Assembly (NCBI GenBank): GCA_001788415.1
Contig: MGBV01000193.1
Span: 1-43,878 of the forward strand
Direction: 5' to 3'
DNA length: 43,878 nucleotides
From: Candidatus Rokubacteria bacterium GWC2_70_16
GTDB lineage: Bacteria > Methylomirabilota > Methylomirabilia > Rokubacteriales > CSP1-6
Shown: one piece after another, positions 33,466 through 43,878 of the stretch
Position numbering within the stretch: the stretch's first letter is position 1
Layout: each line of letters starts with the position of its first letter
Notes under the pieces: generated by a model
Seen by the model: the letters and a program-made list of their open reading frames with translations, nothing else
Databases searched by the model: none
Told to the model about the DNA's origin: nothing
Translations under genes and position numbers: made by a program

Positions 33466-34949
33466 TGGGGCTTCCGCATGTCCTTCTTGAGGATCTTCCC
33501 CGTGGGGCTCTTGGGAAGCGCGGCGATGAACTCGACGGCCTCGGGCACCTTGTAGGAAGCGACCCGGTCGCGGCAGAGGGCGCGGAGCGCCTCGGGATCG
33601 GCCGTCGCCCCCTCCTTGAGGACCACGAAGGCCTTCACGGCCTCGCCGCGCACCGGATCCGGGATTCCCAACACGGCGGCCTCCTTCACCGAGGGGTGGA
33701 GGAAGAGCACCTCCTCGACCTCGCGGGGGAAGACCTTGAAGCCGGAGACGTTGATCATGTCCTTGACGCGGTCCACCACGTAGAAGTAGCCGTCCGCGTC
33801 GCGGGAGCCGATGTCCCCCGAGTGGAGCCACCCCTCCCGGACCGCCTCGGCCGTGGCCTGCGGGTTCCGGAAATAGCCCTTCATCACGTTGGGGCCCTTG
33901 ATGAGGATCTCGCCCAGCTCTCCGTCGGCCACCTCCTGCCCGGTGGCGGGGTCCATGACCTTCATCTCCACGTTCTCGATGGGGGTGCCGATGGAGCCCG
34001 GGCGGAAGGCCGTGTCGTGGTTGTACGAGGCGAAGGGGGAGCACTCGGTGAGCCCGTAGCCCTGGTGGATGTCATGGCCGGTGCGCTCCTTCCACTGCCG
34101 CTCCGGCTCGGCGGGCAGGCTCGCCGCCGCCGAGAAGCAGAGCCGGAGCGAGGACCGGTCCCAGCGCGCCATGTCCGAGCCGAGCATCAGGATGTACATG
34201 GTGGGCACCGCGTACAGGAGCGTGATCGAGTGGACGCCGATGGCGGCCGTGAAGTCGTCGAGGACGAAGCGCTCCTGGAGCACGAGCGTGCCCCCGCAGC
34301 TGAGGAGGGCGTTCATGATGAAGTTCTGGCCGAAGCAGTGGAAGAGCGGCAGCGCGCAGAGACCCCGGTCGTCGGGCGTCATCCGGAGATGGTGGGTGGT
34401 GGCCCAGGTGTTCGACACCACGTTCTCGTGGGTGAGCATGACCCCCTTCGGGCGTCCGGTGGTGGCGGAGGTGTAGAGGATGGCGGCGGTGGCGCTCCGG
34501 TCCAGCTCCATCGCGCGCAGCCCCGGGTCGCCGGCGAGCGAGCGGAAGTCCACCTCCCCCTGCCCGCCCACCTGGATCAGGTGCCGCACCGACGGCAGGT
34601 CGCGGCGCGGCGGCAGGTTGGCGGCCACGGGCTCGGCCGTCACGACGGCGGCGGCCTCGCCGTCGTTGATGATGTAGCCGAGCTCGTCCGGCTTGTAGAC
34701 CACGTTCAGCGAGATGGGGACGAGCCCGATCTTGCTGGCCGCGTAGTACGTCAGCACGAATTCGGGCCAGTTGGGCAGGTGAAGCCCGATCCGCTCGCCC
34801 GGCCTCAGGCCGAGGCCCGCGAGCCCGGCGGCCAGCGAGGAGGCGGCCCGGTCGAGCTCCCGGTACGTCCAGCGCCGCTCCCTGAAGACCAGCGCCGGCC
34901 GCCCCGGATGGTGGAACGCCGACCGCTCGAGATTGCGCGCGATGTTCAT
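33462..34949 (-). CDS. AMP-dependent acyl-CoA synthetase / long-chain fatty-acid--CoA ligase
   Basis: YTSATTGRPKGVMLTH, GYGLTE, GWLHSGDIG and PKSPTGKILKK blocks are present. Confidence 0.92.
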   Translation of the reverse strand: MNIARNLERSAFHHPGRPALVFRERRWTYRELDRAASSLAAGLAGLGLRPGERIGLHLPNWPEFVLTYYAASKIGLVPISLNVVYKPDELGYIINDGEAAAVVTAEPVAANLPPRRDLPSVRHLIQVGGQGEVDFRSLAGDPGLRAMELDRSATAAILYTSATTGRPKGVMLTHENVVSNTWATTHHLRMTPDDRGLCALPLFHCFGQNFIMNALLSCGGTLVLQERFVLDDFTAAIGVHSITLLYAVPTMYILMLGSDMARWDRSSLRLCFSAAASLPAEPERQWKERTGHDIHQGYGLTECSPFASYNHDTAFRPGSIGTPIENVEMKVMDPATGQEVADGELGEILIKGPNVMKGYFRNPQATAEAVREGWLHSGDIGSRDADGYFYVVDRVKDMINVSGFKVFPREVEEVLFLHPSVKEAAVLGIPDPVRGEAVKAFVVLKEGATADPEALRALCRDRVASYKVPEAVEFIAALPKSPTGKILKKDMRKPQ

Positions 34950-34988
34950 GACCCCACTTTCAGGGGATGAGGAGGATCTCCGGATTTG

Positions 34989-35015
34989 CCGTCGGGGCGC
35001 CTCCGCGCCCGACGG
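34989..35015. other. GC-rich stem-loop between qor and the acyl-CoA synthetase gene
   Basis: CCGTCGGGGCGC-CTCC-GCGCCCGACGG gives 11 bp with one bulged G and a 4-nt loop. No U-tract occurs on either strand, so it is not a canonical terminator. Confidence 0.35.
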
Positions 35016-35039
35016 TCGGGCCCTCGACGCGCGCGGTTG

Positions 35040-36008
35040 TCATGGCAGCAGCAGGACCTTTCCCGTGGTCTTGCGGCCCTCGAGGGCGCGGTGCGCGTCG
35101 GCGGCCTGCGCCAGCGGGAAGGTGATCTCCACGCGCAGCTTGAGCTTGCCCTCGCGGATCCAGCCCAGCACGTCCCCCGCGCGCTGGAGCAGTTCCTCGC
35201 GGGCGGCGATGTGATGGTTGAGGCTCGGCCGCGTCACGAAGAGGGATCCCTTGACGTTCAGCGCCTGGAGATCGAGCGGCGGCACGGGCCCGCTCGCCGC
35301 CCCGAACAGCGCCATCATGCCGCGGGGTCTCAGGCAGTCGAGGCTCCCGCTAAAGGTCGTGGCGCCCACGCCGTCGTACACCACGTCCACGCCGCGGCCG
35401 CCGGTGATGCGCTTCACCTCGGGCACGAAGTCCTGCGTCGTGTAGAGGATGACGTGGTCCGCCCCCGCCGCCCGCGCCAGCGCGGCCTTCTCCTCCGTGG
35501 ATACCGTGCCGATCACGGTCGCGCCGCGCATCTTCGCCATCTGGCAGAGCAGGAGCCCCATGCCACCCGCCGCGGCGTGCACGAGGCAGGCCTCGCCCTG
35601 CTTGAGCGGGTAGGTGGAGCCGACGAGGTAGTGGGCCGTCATCCCCTGGAGCATGGCCGCGGCCCCATCCCGGAACGACAGCCCGTCGGGGAGCTTCACG
35701 AGGCGGTTGGCGGGACAGACGTTCAGCTGGGCATAGGAGCCGATGATCCCCGTATAGCCCACGCGGTCGCCCACCTTGACGTCGGTGACGCCGGACCCCA
35801 CCGCCGTGACGGTGCCGGCGCCCTCGACACCGGGCGTGAACGGCAGGGGAACCTTGTTGGCGCCGGTGCGGAAGTAGACGTCGATGTAGTTGAGCCCGGC
35901 CGCCTCGATCTTGACGACGGCTTGACCGGCGCCCGGGGTGGGCTCCGGGACATCCTCGAGCCTCATGACCTCGGGCCCGCCGGGTGTGTGGACGCGAATC
36001 GCCTTCAT
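35040..36008 (-). CDS. qor: NADPH:quinone oxidoreductase (zeta-crystallin type MDR)
   Basis: MKAIRVHTPGGPEVMRLEDVPEP..NYIDVYFRTG..VHAAAGGMGLLLCQMAK..GKVLLLP. Confidence 0.9.
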   Translation of the reverse strand: MKAIRVHTPGGPEVMRLEDVPEPTPGAGQAVVKIEAAGLNYIDVYFRTGANKVPLPFTPGVEGAGTVTAVGSGVTDVKVGDRVGYTGIIGSYAQLNVCPANRLVKLPDGLSFRDGAAAMLQGMTAHYLVGSTYPLKQGEACLVHAAAGGMGLLLCQMAKMRGATVIGTVSTEEKAALARAAGADHVILYTTQDFVPEVKRITGGRGVDVVYDGVGATTFSGSLDCLRPRGMMALFGAASGPVPPLDLQALNVKGSLFVTRPSLNHHIAAREELLQRAGDVLGWIREGKLKLRVEITFPLAQAADAHRALEGRKTTGKVLLLP

Positions 36009-36051
36009 GCCTGTTCTCCTTTGGACCTCGCGGAGCGACCGGATCTCGCCG

Positions 36052-36630
36052 CTAGCGCATGGCCGAGAGATCTACCGTGAACTTCGACATCTCCTTCTCG
36101 TCCGGGTCGCGAATCACGAGCGTGAAGCGGCCCCTGGGATCGAGTCGCGCGGCGGGGAACACGTAGAGACAGCGGGCAGCGTACCGCCCGTCCTCCCCGC
36201 GCAACGCCGTCCGCTCGTTCTGCACGAAGCTCGGCTTCACCTCGGTCTTGCCATCGAGCAGCACCGGCTCCAGGAAGCGCGCGAAGTCGGACTGGCCCCC
36301 GCGCAGCGTGACCCACAACGTGAGCTTCCCCGCGGTCGTCTTCAGCACCGCGCCGATCTCCCTGGGCTTGAGCGGCTCCTTCTTGAAGGCGGCGATGCGC
36401 GCCGCCTGGGCGAGGCGGTGGAACGGCGTCACCACCGCCAGCGTGTCGCCCGCGCCGTTGCGGCTCGTCCACTCCTGCCCGAACGCCTCGCTCACGACGC
36501 TCCGGCGGCCCAGGCGGATGGCCTCCTGCTGCTCCCGCTCGGTCAGGGCGAAGGAGGCCGCCGCCGCGGGCTGGCTCGTGGCGGGCCACAACGCGATTCC
36601 GGCTAGGGCGACGATCGAGACGCGCCGCAT
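36052..36630 (-). CDS. Secreted hypothetical protein (192 aa)
   Basis: Signal peptide MRRVSIVALAGIALWPATSQPAAAA. The mature part has balanced composition. No family recognised. Confidence 0.7.
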   Translation of the reverse strand: MRRVSIVALAGIALWPATSQPAAAASFALTEREQQEAIRLGRRSVVSEAFGQEWTSRNGAGDTLAVVTPFHRLAQAARIAAFKKEPLKPREIGAVLKTTAGKLTLWVTLRGGQSDFARFLEPVLLDGKTEVKPSFVQNERTALRGEDGRYAARCLYVFPAARLDPRGRFTLVIRDPDEKEMSKFTVDLSAMR

Positions 36631-36756
36631 GCTCCGACTCACGCCGCGCCATTGTAGCATGGCGCCGCGACTCGCCCTGCGCCCCGCCCGGGCCGCCCTC
36701 CCCCCCGCGCCCGCGCCCGCATTGCTCCCGGGGACGACCGGCGGTACGGTAGGAGC

Positions 36757-37293
36757 ATGCGCCGCGCTCCGCTGCTCCTCTCGGGCCTGCTCCTCGCCGG
36801 GTGCGTCTCCGCGTTCCCCGACCAGATGCTGCAGTCGGTGAATCGCGCGCTCACCGTCTCGGAGCTGCGCCGCGCTCCGGGATCGCACGCCGGTGCGCGC
36901 GTGATCCTCGGCGGCGAGATCCTCGCCACGCATCCCCGGGTGGGCGAGACCGAGATCGAGGTCCTCGCGCGGCACCTCCGCTCCGACGACAGCCCCGAGC
37001 GGAGCGACCGGTCCGAGGGGCGCTTCCTGGTGACGACGGCGGGCTTCCTCGATCCCGCCGTGTACGCCTCCGGCCGGCGCATCACCGTGGTGGGCACGGT
37101 CAAGGGCGAGGAGGAGCGCGCGATCGGCGAGTTGCCGTACCGCTACCCGGTGATCGCGGCCGAGCGCATCAAGCTCTGGCCGCGGGAGGTGGCCGCGACG
37201 CATATCGTCCCCGTCTACCCGCTCGGCTTCTACGATTGGCCGTACTGGCCGTATTGGCGCTACGGCCCCTACCAGCCCTGGCCCTTGCGCTGA
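36757..37293 (+). CDS. Slp-family outer-membrane lipoprotein
   Basis: Lipobox LLLAGC. ARVILGGEILATHP..ETEIEVLARHL..GRFLV and RITVVGTV blocks resemble Slp/YeaY. Trp/Tyr/Pro-rich tail. Confidence 0.78.
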   Translation: MRRAPLLLSGLLLAGCVSAFPDQMLQSVNRALTVSELRRAPGSHAGARVILGGEILATHPRVGETEIEVLARHLRSDDSPERSDRSEGRFLVTTAGFLDPAVYASGRRITVVGTVKGEEERAIGELPYRYPVIAAERIKLWPREVAATHIVPVYPLGFYDWPYWPYWRYGPYQPWPLR

Positions 37294-37325
37294 CCCGGCC
37301 CCGGGCCTATTGACTCTAGCCGAAT

Positions 37326-37501
37326 ACGGTTACGCGAATTGGCCCGGGGCCGGCCGCGCGGGGGCGCGGCCTGGACCCGTGCCGTCGCGGCTCTCGAAGC
37401 CGGCCACCGCCCCTCTCGGTTGCACCCCCTCCGCGGATCGGCCGTGACGAGGGTGCGAGGTCCACGCCGCGCCCCCGCGCGGCCGGCCCCGGCGTAACCG
37501 T
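37326..37501. repeat. 176-nt hairpin-forming element with a 27-bp perfect GC-rich inverted repeat
   Basis: CCGGGGCCGGCCGCGCGGGGGCGCGGC (37344-37370) is the exact reverse complement of 37466-37492. The outer ACGGTTACG / CGTAACCGT (37326-34 / 37493-501) and inner TGGACC / GGTCCA also pair. Confidence 0.65.
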
Positions 37502-37516
37502 AATACGCAGGAGTCA

Positions 37517-38821
37517 TTAGGGGGTCCTGCCCCGCACCGTGACGACCGAGAACTGCGCCGGGTCCAGGTAGCGCGCCGAGACGCGCTGCACATCCGCCGC
37601 CGTGACGCGGCCGATGCGCTCCCTGTAGCGATCCGGGTAGTCGAGCCCGAGGCCGTGCTCCTCCACGGCGATCATGAGCCGCGCCACCTTGCCCGAGGTG
37701 TCCATGCGCAGCGGGAAGCTCCCCACGAGGTAGGCCCGGGCCAGCTCCAGCTCGGCGGCCGCCACCTCTTCCCGCCCCATCCGGCGCATCTCCTCCTGCG
37801 CGAGGCGCACGGCCTCGTCCACGGCCTCGTTGCGGGTCTGCAGCCCCACCACGAAGGAGGCGCCGTAGCGCGCGGGGGAGAGCGAGGAGTAGATCGAGTA
37901 GGCGAGCCCCCGGTCCTCGCGCACGCGCGTGTAGAGCCTGGAGGCCGAGCCGCCGCCGAGGACATAGCTGGCGACCGCCAGCGGGAAGTAGTCCGGGTGG
38001 TCCTGGCGGATCGCCGGACGGCCGAGGTACACGGTGGCCTGGGTGAGGTCGCGCGTGAGGGTGCGCGCGACCGCAGGCGGCAGCGCGGCGATGGCCGAGG
38101 GGATCGCCGCGGGTGGAGCCGCCGGCGGCGCCCAGCCCGCGAGGCGCCTCTCCAGCTCGCGCCTGATCTCGTCCCGCGTGACGTCGCCCACGACGGCGAT
38201 CACGGCCGCGTCGGGCCGGTAGTGCTCCCGGTGGAAGCGGACCACCTGCTCGCGCGTGAGCGTGCCGACGGACTCGACGGTCCCGGGCGTCGGGTGGGCA
38301 TAGGGATGGCCCGGGTAGAGAAGCTGCCCCAGCTCGCGCCCCGCCACGGTCTCGGGGTTCTCCTCCGAGCGCTTGAGCGCCGCCTGCACCTCCGCCACGC
38401 GACGCTTGAGCTCGTCCTCGGGGAAGGCGGGCTCGCGCAGCACCTCGGCGAGGAGATCGAGGCCGAGCGCCAGGTCCTTCTTCAGCACGGCGAGGGAGAC
38501 CATGACCCCGTCCTTCCCCGCGTCGGCCTCGAGGCCGCCGCCGACGAACTCGATGGCGCGGTCCAGCTCCGGGCCCGAGCGGCGAGCCGTGCCGCGGGTG
38601 AGCAGATCGGCGGTGAGGCTCGCCAGCCCGGGAGCATCCGGCGGGTCGAAGGCGGAGCCCGCGCGCAGGGAGACGCTCACGGAGACGATGGGGATGGCGC
38701 TGCGCTCCGCGACGAGGAGCGTCACCCCGTTGCCGAGGAGCTCGCGCTGGGCGATGGGCGCGGCCCCCGCAGGAGTGGCGGCCAGCAGGAGGGCGGCGAG
38801 AAGGCTCGAGAGCGCTTTCAT
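37517..38821 (-). CDS. M16 (pitrilysin) family peptidase, non-catalytic type (no HxxEH), secreted
   Basis: Signal peptide MKALSSLLAALLLAATPAGAAP. The M16 fold blocks are present, but GLASLTADLL stands where HxxEH would be. Confidence 0.88.
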   Translation of the reverse strand: MKALSSLLAALLLAATPAGAAPIAQRELLGNGVTLLVAERSAIPIVSVSVSLRAGSAFDPPDAPGLASLTADLLTRGTARRSGPELDRAIEFVGGGLEADAGKDGVMVSLAVLKKDLALGLDLLAEVLREPAFPEDELKRRVAEVQAALKRSEENPETVAGRELGQLLYPGHPYAHPTPGTVESVGTLTREQVVRFHREHYRPDAAVIAVVGDVTRDEIRRELERRLAGWAPPAAPPAAIPSAIAALPPAVARTLTRDLTQATVYLGRPAIRQDHPDYFPLAVASYVLGGGSASRLYTRVREDRGLAYSIYSSLSPARYGASFVVGLQTRNEAVDEAVRLAQEEMRRMGREEVAAAELELARAYLVGSFPLRMDTSGKVARLMIAVEEHGLGLDYPDRYRERIGRVTAADVQRVSARYLDPAQFSVVTVRGRTP

Positions 38822-38831
38822 GGATTCCCCT

Positions 38832-39959
38832 TCAGTCGAGCTGCTTGCGGAACTTGATCACAGCCAGCGAGAAGATCACGACCCCGAAGGCCGTCAGCGG
38901 GAGCAGGTTCGGCCAGAGGTAGCCGAACCCCACGCCCTTGAGCACGATCCCGCGCACGATCCGCAGGTAGTAGGTCAGGGGAATGACGGCGGCCAGGTAC
39001 TGGGCGCCCGTCGGCATCCCCTCGATGGGGAAGAGGAGGCCCGAGAGATAGATGGACGGCAGGAAGGTGAGGAAGGCCATCTGCATGGCCTGGGGCACCG
39101 TGCGGGCCGCCGCCGAGACGAAGATCCCGATGCCGAGCGTGCCCATCATGAAGACCAGCGAGAGCGCGTACAGGAGCGGCAGGCTCCCGCGGATGGGCAC
39201 GTCGAAGACGAAGTGCGCAACCACGAGCGCCATGGTCATCTGGCCGTAGGCCACGAGCAGGTTCGGGATGATCTTGCCGAGGAGGAGCTCCCAGCGCCGG
39301 ATGGGGCTCACGATCAGCGCCTCCAGCGTCCCCTTCTCCCGCTCGCGCACCACGGACACCGCCATGGCCGTGATGGTGGTCTGCATCAGGAGCGCGCCGA
39401 TGAGGCCGGGCACGATGAAGATGGCGGAGACGAGGTCGGGGTTGTACCAGGCGCGCACCCGCACGTCGAAGGGCATGCGGTCCCGGCGGCCGAGCGCGGC
39501 GCCCTCGAGGGTCCGGGCGATGATCTCCAGCGAGCGCTGGGCGCCCAGCGAGGAGGCGGCGTTCAGCGCCGAGGTCGCCACCTGCGGGTCCGAGGCGTCC
39601 ACGATCACCTGGACCTCGGCCGCCTGGCGCGTCAGCCGCCGGGCGAAGTCGGGCGGGATCACCACGCCCACCTTGGCGCTCCCGCTGTCGATGAGCCGGG
39701 TCAGCTCGGCCTGGCTGCGCGCCCGGTACCGCACGGCGAAGTACTGGCTGTTCTCCAGGGCCGCGAGGAACTCGCGCGCCTCCACGCTCCCCGACTGGTC
39801 GAAGACGGCCGTGGGCACGTGCTTGACGTCGGTGTTGATGGCCCAGCCGAAGATGAAGAGCATGACCACGGGCACCCCCAGCGCCAGCACCAGGGCCATC
39901 CAGTCGCGCTTGAGGTGGATGAACTCCTTGGCGATGATCCCCAGCAGTCGCGAGGCCAT
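38832..39959 (-). CDS. ABC-2 type transporter permease
   Basis: MASRLLGIIAKEFIHLKRDWMALV, a large extracytoplasmic loop, then 5 C-terminal TM segments (EREKGTLEAL signature). Confidence 0.9.
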   Translation of the reverse strand: MASRLLGIIAKEFIHLKRDWMALVLALGVPVVMLFIFGWAINTDVKHVPTAVFDQSGSVEAREFLAALENSQYFAVRYRARSQAELTRLIDSGSAKVGVVIPPDFARRLTRQAAEVQVIVDASDPQVATSALNAASSLGAQRSLEIIARTLEGAALGRRDRMPFDVRVRAWYNPDLVSAIFIVPGLIGALLMQTTITAMAVSVVREREKGTLEALIVSPIRRWELLLGKIIPNLLVAYGQMTMALVVAHFVFDVPIRGSLPLLYALSLVFMMGTLGIGIFVSAAARTVPQAMQMAFLTFLPSIYLSGLLFPIEGMPTGAQYLAAVIPLTYYLRIVRGIVLKGVGFGYLWPNLLPLTAFGVVIFSLAVIKFRKQLD

Positions 39960-39960
39960 G

Positions 39961-40954
<994 letters not shown>

Positions 40955-40971
<17 letters not shown>

Positions 40972-42121
40972 CCGCGGGCATCCCCGGCTTGAGGATCCCC
41001 TCGGGGTTGTCCACCGCGATCTTGATCCGGAAGACCAGGTTGACCCGCTCCTTCTTGGTCTGGACGTTCTTCGGCGTGAACTCGGCCTCGGAGGCGATCT
41101 CCGCGATGCGCCCCGCGAACACCCGCCCCGCGTAGGCGTCCACGCTGATCCGCGCCCGGTCGCCGATCTTGATCCGCCCCACCTCCTCCTCGGGCACATA
41201 GGCGCGGACCCACACCTCCGTCGGGTCCATGAGGGTGAGGATGGGGACGCCGGGATTCGCGGTCTCCCCCGCCTCCATGCTCTTTCGCAGCACGACGCCC
41301 GCCACCGGCGCCGCCAGCGTCATCTCCTTGAGCCGGCTCCTGGCCAGCAGGAGCGACGAGCGCGCCTGCTCCACCTGGCCGCGCGCCGCCGCGACCTGCT
41401 CGGGGCGCGCCCCGGCCAGGAGGAGCGCGAGGCGATCCTGGGCCGCCTTGAGCTGGGCGCGGGCGGCGTCCACCTGGTGGCGGCGCGTCCCCTCGAGCGT
41501 GAGCGCCAGCCGCTCCCGCGCCGTCCGCTCCTGGGCCTGGGCCACCTCCCAGGCCTGGCGGGCCCGGTCCACTTCCTGGGCCGCGATCAGCTCCTTCTTG
41601 AAGAGCGCCTCCGCCCGCTGGAAGTCGCGCTCCGTCCAGGCGCGCGTGGCCTCGGCGCTCCGCAGCCCCGCGCGCGCCTCCTCGATCTCCTGGGCGCGGG
41701 AGCCGGCCACGAGGTCGTCGAGCTGGGCCTGGGAGCGGGCCACCGTGGCGCGCGCCTCCTCGATCTCCTCCCGGCGCGCCCCGGCCTCGAGGTCGCGCAG
41801 CGTGGCCTCGGCTGTCCGGAGCACCGCCGCCTGGCGCCGCACCTCGGCGCGGAGCTCCTCGTCGTCCAGCTCGGCGAGGAGCTGCCCCTCGGCGACGCGG
41901 TCGCCCTCCTTGACGTGAAGCCGCCGGATCCGCCCCGCGATCCGGGCGCTCACGTCCACCTGGGTGGCCTCGATGGTGCCGGTGACACTGACGGCGAGGT
42001 TCGGGCTGCCGCCGAGCAGCCGGCCGCCGTAGGCATACGCGAAGCCGAGCGCGAGCAGGATGAGGAGGCCGATGCCGCCCTTCGCGAGGCGGGAGCTCGC
42101 GGCAGCCACGACAGCCGTCAC
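40955..42121 (-). CDS. HlyD-family periplasmic adaptor (membrane fusion protein)
   Basis: GTG at 42121 overlaps the M16 stop (GTGA). TM anchor, lipoyl-like VSARIAGRIRRLHVKEGDRVAEGQLLAELD, a long coiled coil, and a beta-barrel C-terminus. Confidence 0.88.
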
Positions 42122-43473
42122 TTCCCGGCCGGAGCGGGTGGCTCGGCCGGCAGCAGGACGCCCACCGTCTTCCGGTCGGAGGGGAAGTAGGCGCGCGCCA
42201 CGCGCTGGATGTCCGCCGCGGTGACGGAGCGGATCAGGGGGACGAAGCGGTCGAGGAGTCGCCAGGAGCCCAGCAGCTCGAAGCGCACCAGCCCCGAGGC
42301 GCGCGAGTGCACCGAGTCCTGGCGCCACACGAACGAGGCCTCGATCTGGTTCTTCGCGCGCGCCAGCTCCTCGTCGGGGACGGGCTCCGACTGCAAGCGC
42401 TCGATCTCGTCGAGCAGCGCGCGCTCCAGCGCCTCCACGGGCTGGCCCGGCAAGGGCGTGGCGTAGAGCCAGAACAGGTTCGGGTCCACGGAGGCGTAGG
42501 AGTAGTCGCCGCCCGCGCCCAGCGCCAGGCGCTGCTCGTAGACGAGCTTGCGGTAGAGGCGCGAGGCGCGCCCCTCCGAGAGGATCGTCGAGAGGAGCTC
42601 CAGCGCAGGAGCGTCCGGCGAGGCGTGGTTCGGCACGTGATAGGCGATGGAGACGATGGGGAGCCGGGCGCCCGCCTTGCGCACGGTGACCCGGCGCTCG
42701 CCGACCTGCGGCGGCTCCACCGCCGTCACCGCGGGCGGCGCGGGGCCGCGGGGAATCCGCCCGAAGATCTCCCGGATGCGGGCCAGCACCTCGGGCGCCT
42801 TCACGTCGCCGACCACGGCCAGGATGGCGTTGTTGGGCAGGTAGTACCGATCATAGAAGGCGCGGAGCTCGACGGGGTTGATCCGGTTGATGTCCTCCAT
42901 CCAGCCGATGATGGGCCAGCGGTACGGATGCGCCTTGAAGGCCACGGCGTTCAATTCCTCGGACAGGAGCCCGTCGGGATCGTCCTCGGTCCGGGTCCGC
43001 CGCTCCTCCATGACCACCTGGCGCTCGGAGTCGACCTCCTTCGGGGCCAGCAGGAGGTGACGCATGCGGTCGGCCTCGAGCCCGAGCACCAGGTCCAGCT
43101 TGTCTGCGGCGATGTTCACGAAGTACGAGGTCATGTCCTGCGCGGTGAAGGCGTTGTCCTGGCCGCCGTTGCGCTCCACCAGGCGCGCGAACTCCCCCTT
43201 GCCGTGGGTCGGCGTGCCCTTGAACATCATGTGCTCGAGGAAGTGGGCCAGCCCCGTGGCCCCGGGGCGCTCGTTGCGCGAGCCCACCCGGTACCAGACC
43301 TGGACGGAGACGATGGGGCTCCGGCGGTCCTCGAGGATCAGGACGCGGAGGCCGTTGTCGAGCGTGGCCTCGAGAACCTCTCCCGAGTGCTGCGAGGCGC
43401 CGGCCTGGCCCACCGCTGCGGAGGCGGCCGCCACGACGAGCAGGCTGATCCCGAGGAGCCTGAGGATTCGCAT
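42118..43473 (-). CDS. M16 (pitrilysin) family zinc peptidase, catalytic type, secreted
   Basis: Signal peptide MRILRLLGISLLVVAAASAAVG. GLAHFLEHMMFKGT (HxxEH) and ERNGGQDNAFT (distal Glu block) are present. Confidence 0.92.
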   Translation of the reverse strand: MRILRLLGISLLVVAAASAAVGQAGASQHSGEVLEATLDNGLRVLILEDRRSPIVSVQVWYRVGSRNERPGATGLAHFLEHMMFKGTPTHGKGEFARLVERNGGQDNAFTAQDMTSYFVNIAADKLDLVLGLEADRMRHLLLAPKEVDSERQVVMEERRTRTEDDPDGLLSEELNAVAFKAHPYRWPIIGWMEDINRINPVELRAFYDRYYLPNNAILAVVGDVKAPEVLARIREIFGRIPRGPAPPAVTAVEPPQVGERRVTVRKAGARLPIVSIAYHVPNHASPDAPALELLSTILSEGRASRLYRKLVYEQRLALGAGGDYSYASVDPNLFWLYATPLPGQPVEALERALLDEIERLQSEPVPDEELARAKNQIEASFVWRQDSVHSRASGLVRFELLGSWRLLDRFVPLIRSVTAADIQRVARAYFPSDRKTVGVLLPAEPPAPAGK

Positions 43474-43485
43474 GCCGTGATTATC

Positions 43486-43878
43486 CTACGGGTGCCGCGG
43501 TGCGGCAACAGCCGGCGGTATCTCCTTGAGGCGGAATGCCGGCCGGATGCCGAGCGCCGTCACCACGGAAACGACGGACAGCGCGGCGACCCCGTAGAGC
43601 CCCGCCGCGAAGGAGCCCGTCACGTCCTTGATCCACCCCGTGAGGAAGGGGCTCAGGATGGCGCCGATGAAGCAGGTGCTGTTGTAGAGGCCGAAGGCCT
43701 TGCCCATCACGGAGGCGGGGAAGAGGCCGCCGACGAGGGCGTACGACGGGCTCCAGGTGCACCACATCGAGAAGCTCGCCAGGAGCATGAGCAGCGTGAG
43801 CAGCCACGCCGGCCCGCGGGCCTGGATCACGGCGCCCATCGCGATCATGGAGAGCGTGGTCATGACCACCGCGGCGAC
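43486..43878 (-). CDS. MFS transporter, C-terminal part (gene continues beyond the right edge)
   Basis: Hydrophobic segments with GLFPASVMGKAFGLYNSTCFIGAILSPFLTGWI. The reading frame is open to the window end. Its stop lies 12 nt before the M16 start. Confidence 0.8.
   Translation of the reverse strand, partial: VAAVVMTTLSMIAMGAVIQARGPAWLLTLLMLLASFSMWCTWSPSYALVGGLFPASVMGKAFGLYNSTCFIGAILSPFLTGWIKDVTGSFAAGLYGVAALSVVSVVTALGIRPAFRLKEIPPAVAAPRHP

Overview
Very GC-rich (about 70% by eye), gene-dense chromosomal segment from a high-GC bacterium. The protein set looks like uncultured soil lineages, but the taxon cannot be set without a database search. I support about 46 protein genes, 1 tRNA, 2 gene remnants and three kinds of intergenic repeat or palindrome. 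I recognised no rRNA, CRISPR array, transposase, integrase or phage structural gene. Many supplied ORFs are Arg/Pro/Gly/Ala-rich mirror-frame artefacts of real genes. Real genes were chosen by protein-like composition, family motifs, SD/start context and the recurrent xTGA start/stop overlaps (GTGA x4, ATGA x3). Left to right: a truncated gene, a PqqD-like protein and a 906-aa secreted TPR protein (minus strand); tRNA-Gly(CCC) with terminator; an orphan family-5 substrate-binding protein; a coupled chain of KaiC-like ATPase, unknown wHTH-like protein, amidohydrolase and CCA enzyme; a REC-like/GAF/HD-GYP phosphodiesterase, a sialyltransferase-like GT and a CMP-sugar synthetase; lexA with promoter and palindrome; a Tat subunit fused to a Zn-ribbon-like tail; lemA-DUF2207; a HicB-like ORF, CaiB-type CoA transferase, acyl-CoA synthetase remnant, LLM oxidoreductase and crotonyl-CoA carboxylase/reductase; NUDIX, PilZ, RidA, a BtuF-like protein, PolX, FKBP and an APH-type kinase; a DapF-like protein and GT2; a citrate synthase remnant; a methyltransferase, MFS, AsmA, acyl-CoA synthetase, Qor, a secreted unknown and Slp; and a six-gene operon of MFS, M16, HlyD, ABC ATPase, ABC-2 permease and M16. 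Best candidates for something new: (1) the M16 peptidase pair split by an exporter; (2) the HD-GYP / sialyltransferase-like / CMP-synthetase trio; (3) the KaiC-like ATPase operon; (4) the DapF-like protein with both catalytic Cys replaced by Ser; (5) the Tat-Zn-ribbon fusion next to lexA; (6) the PqqD-like module at the left edge; (7) the repeat families that supply stop codons to flanking genes. All family calls come from motif recognition by eye. None was verified by search.
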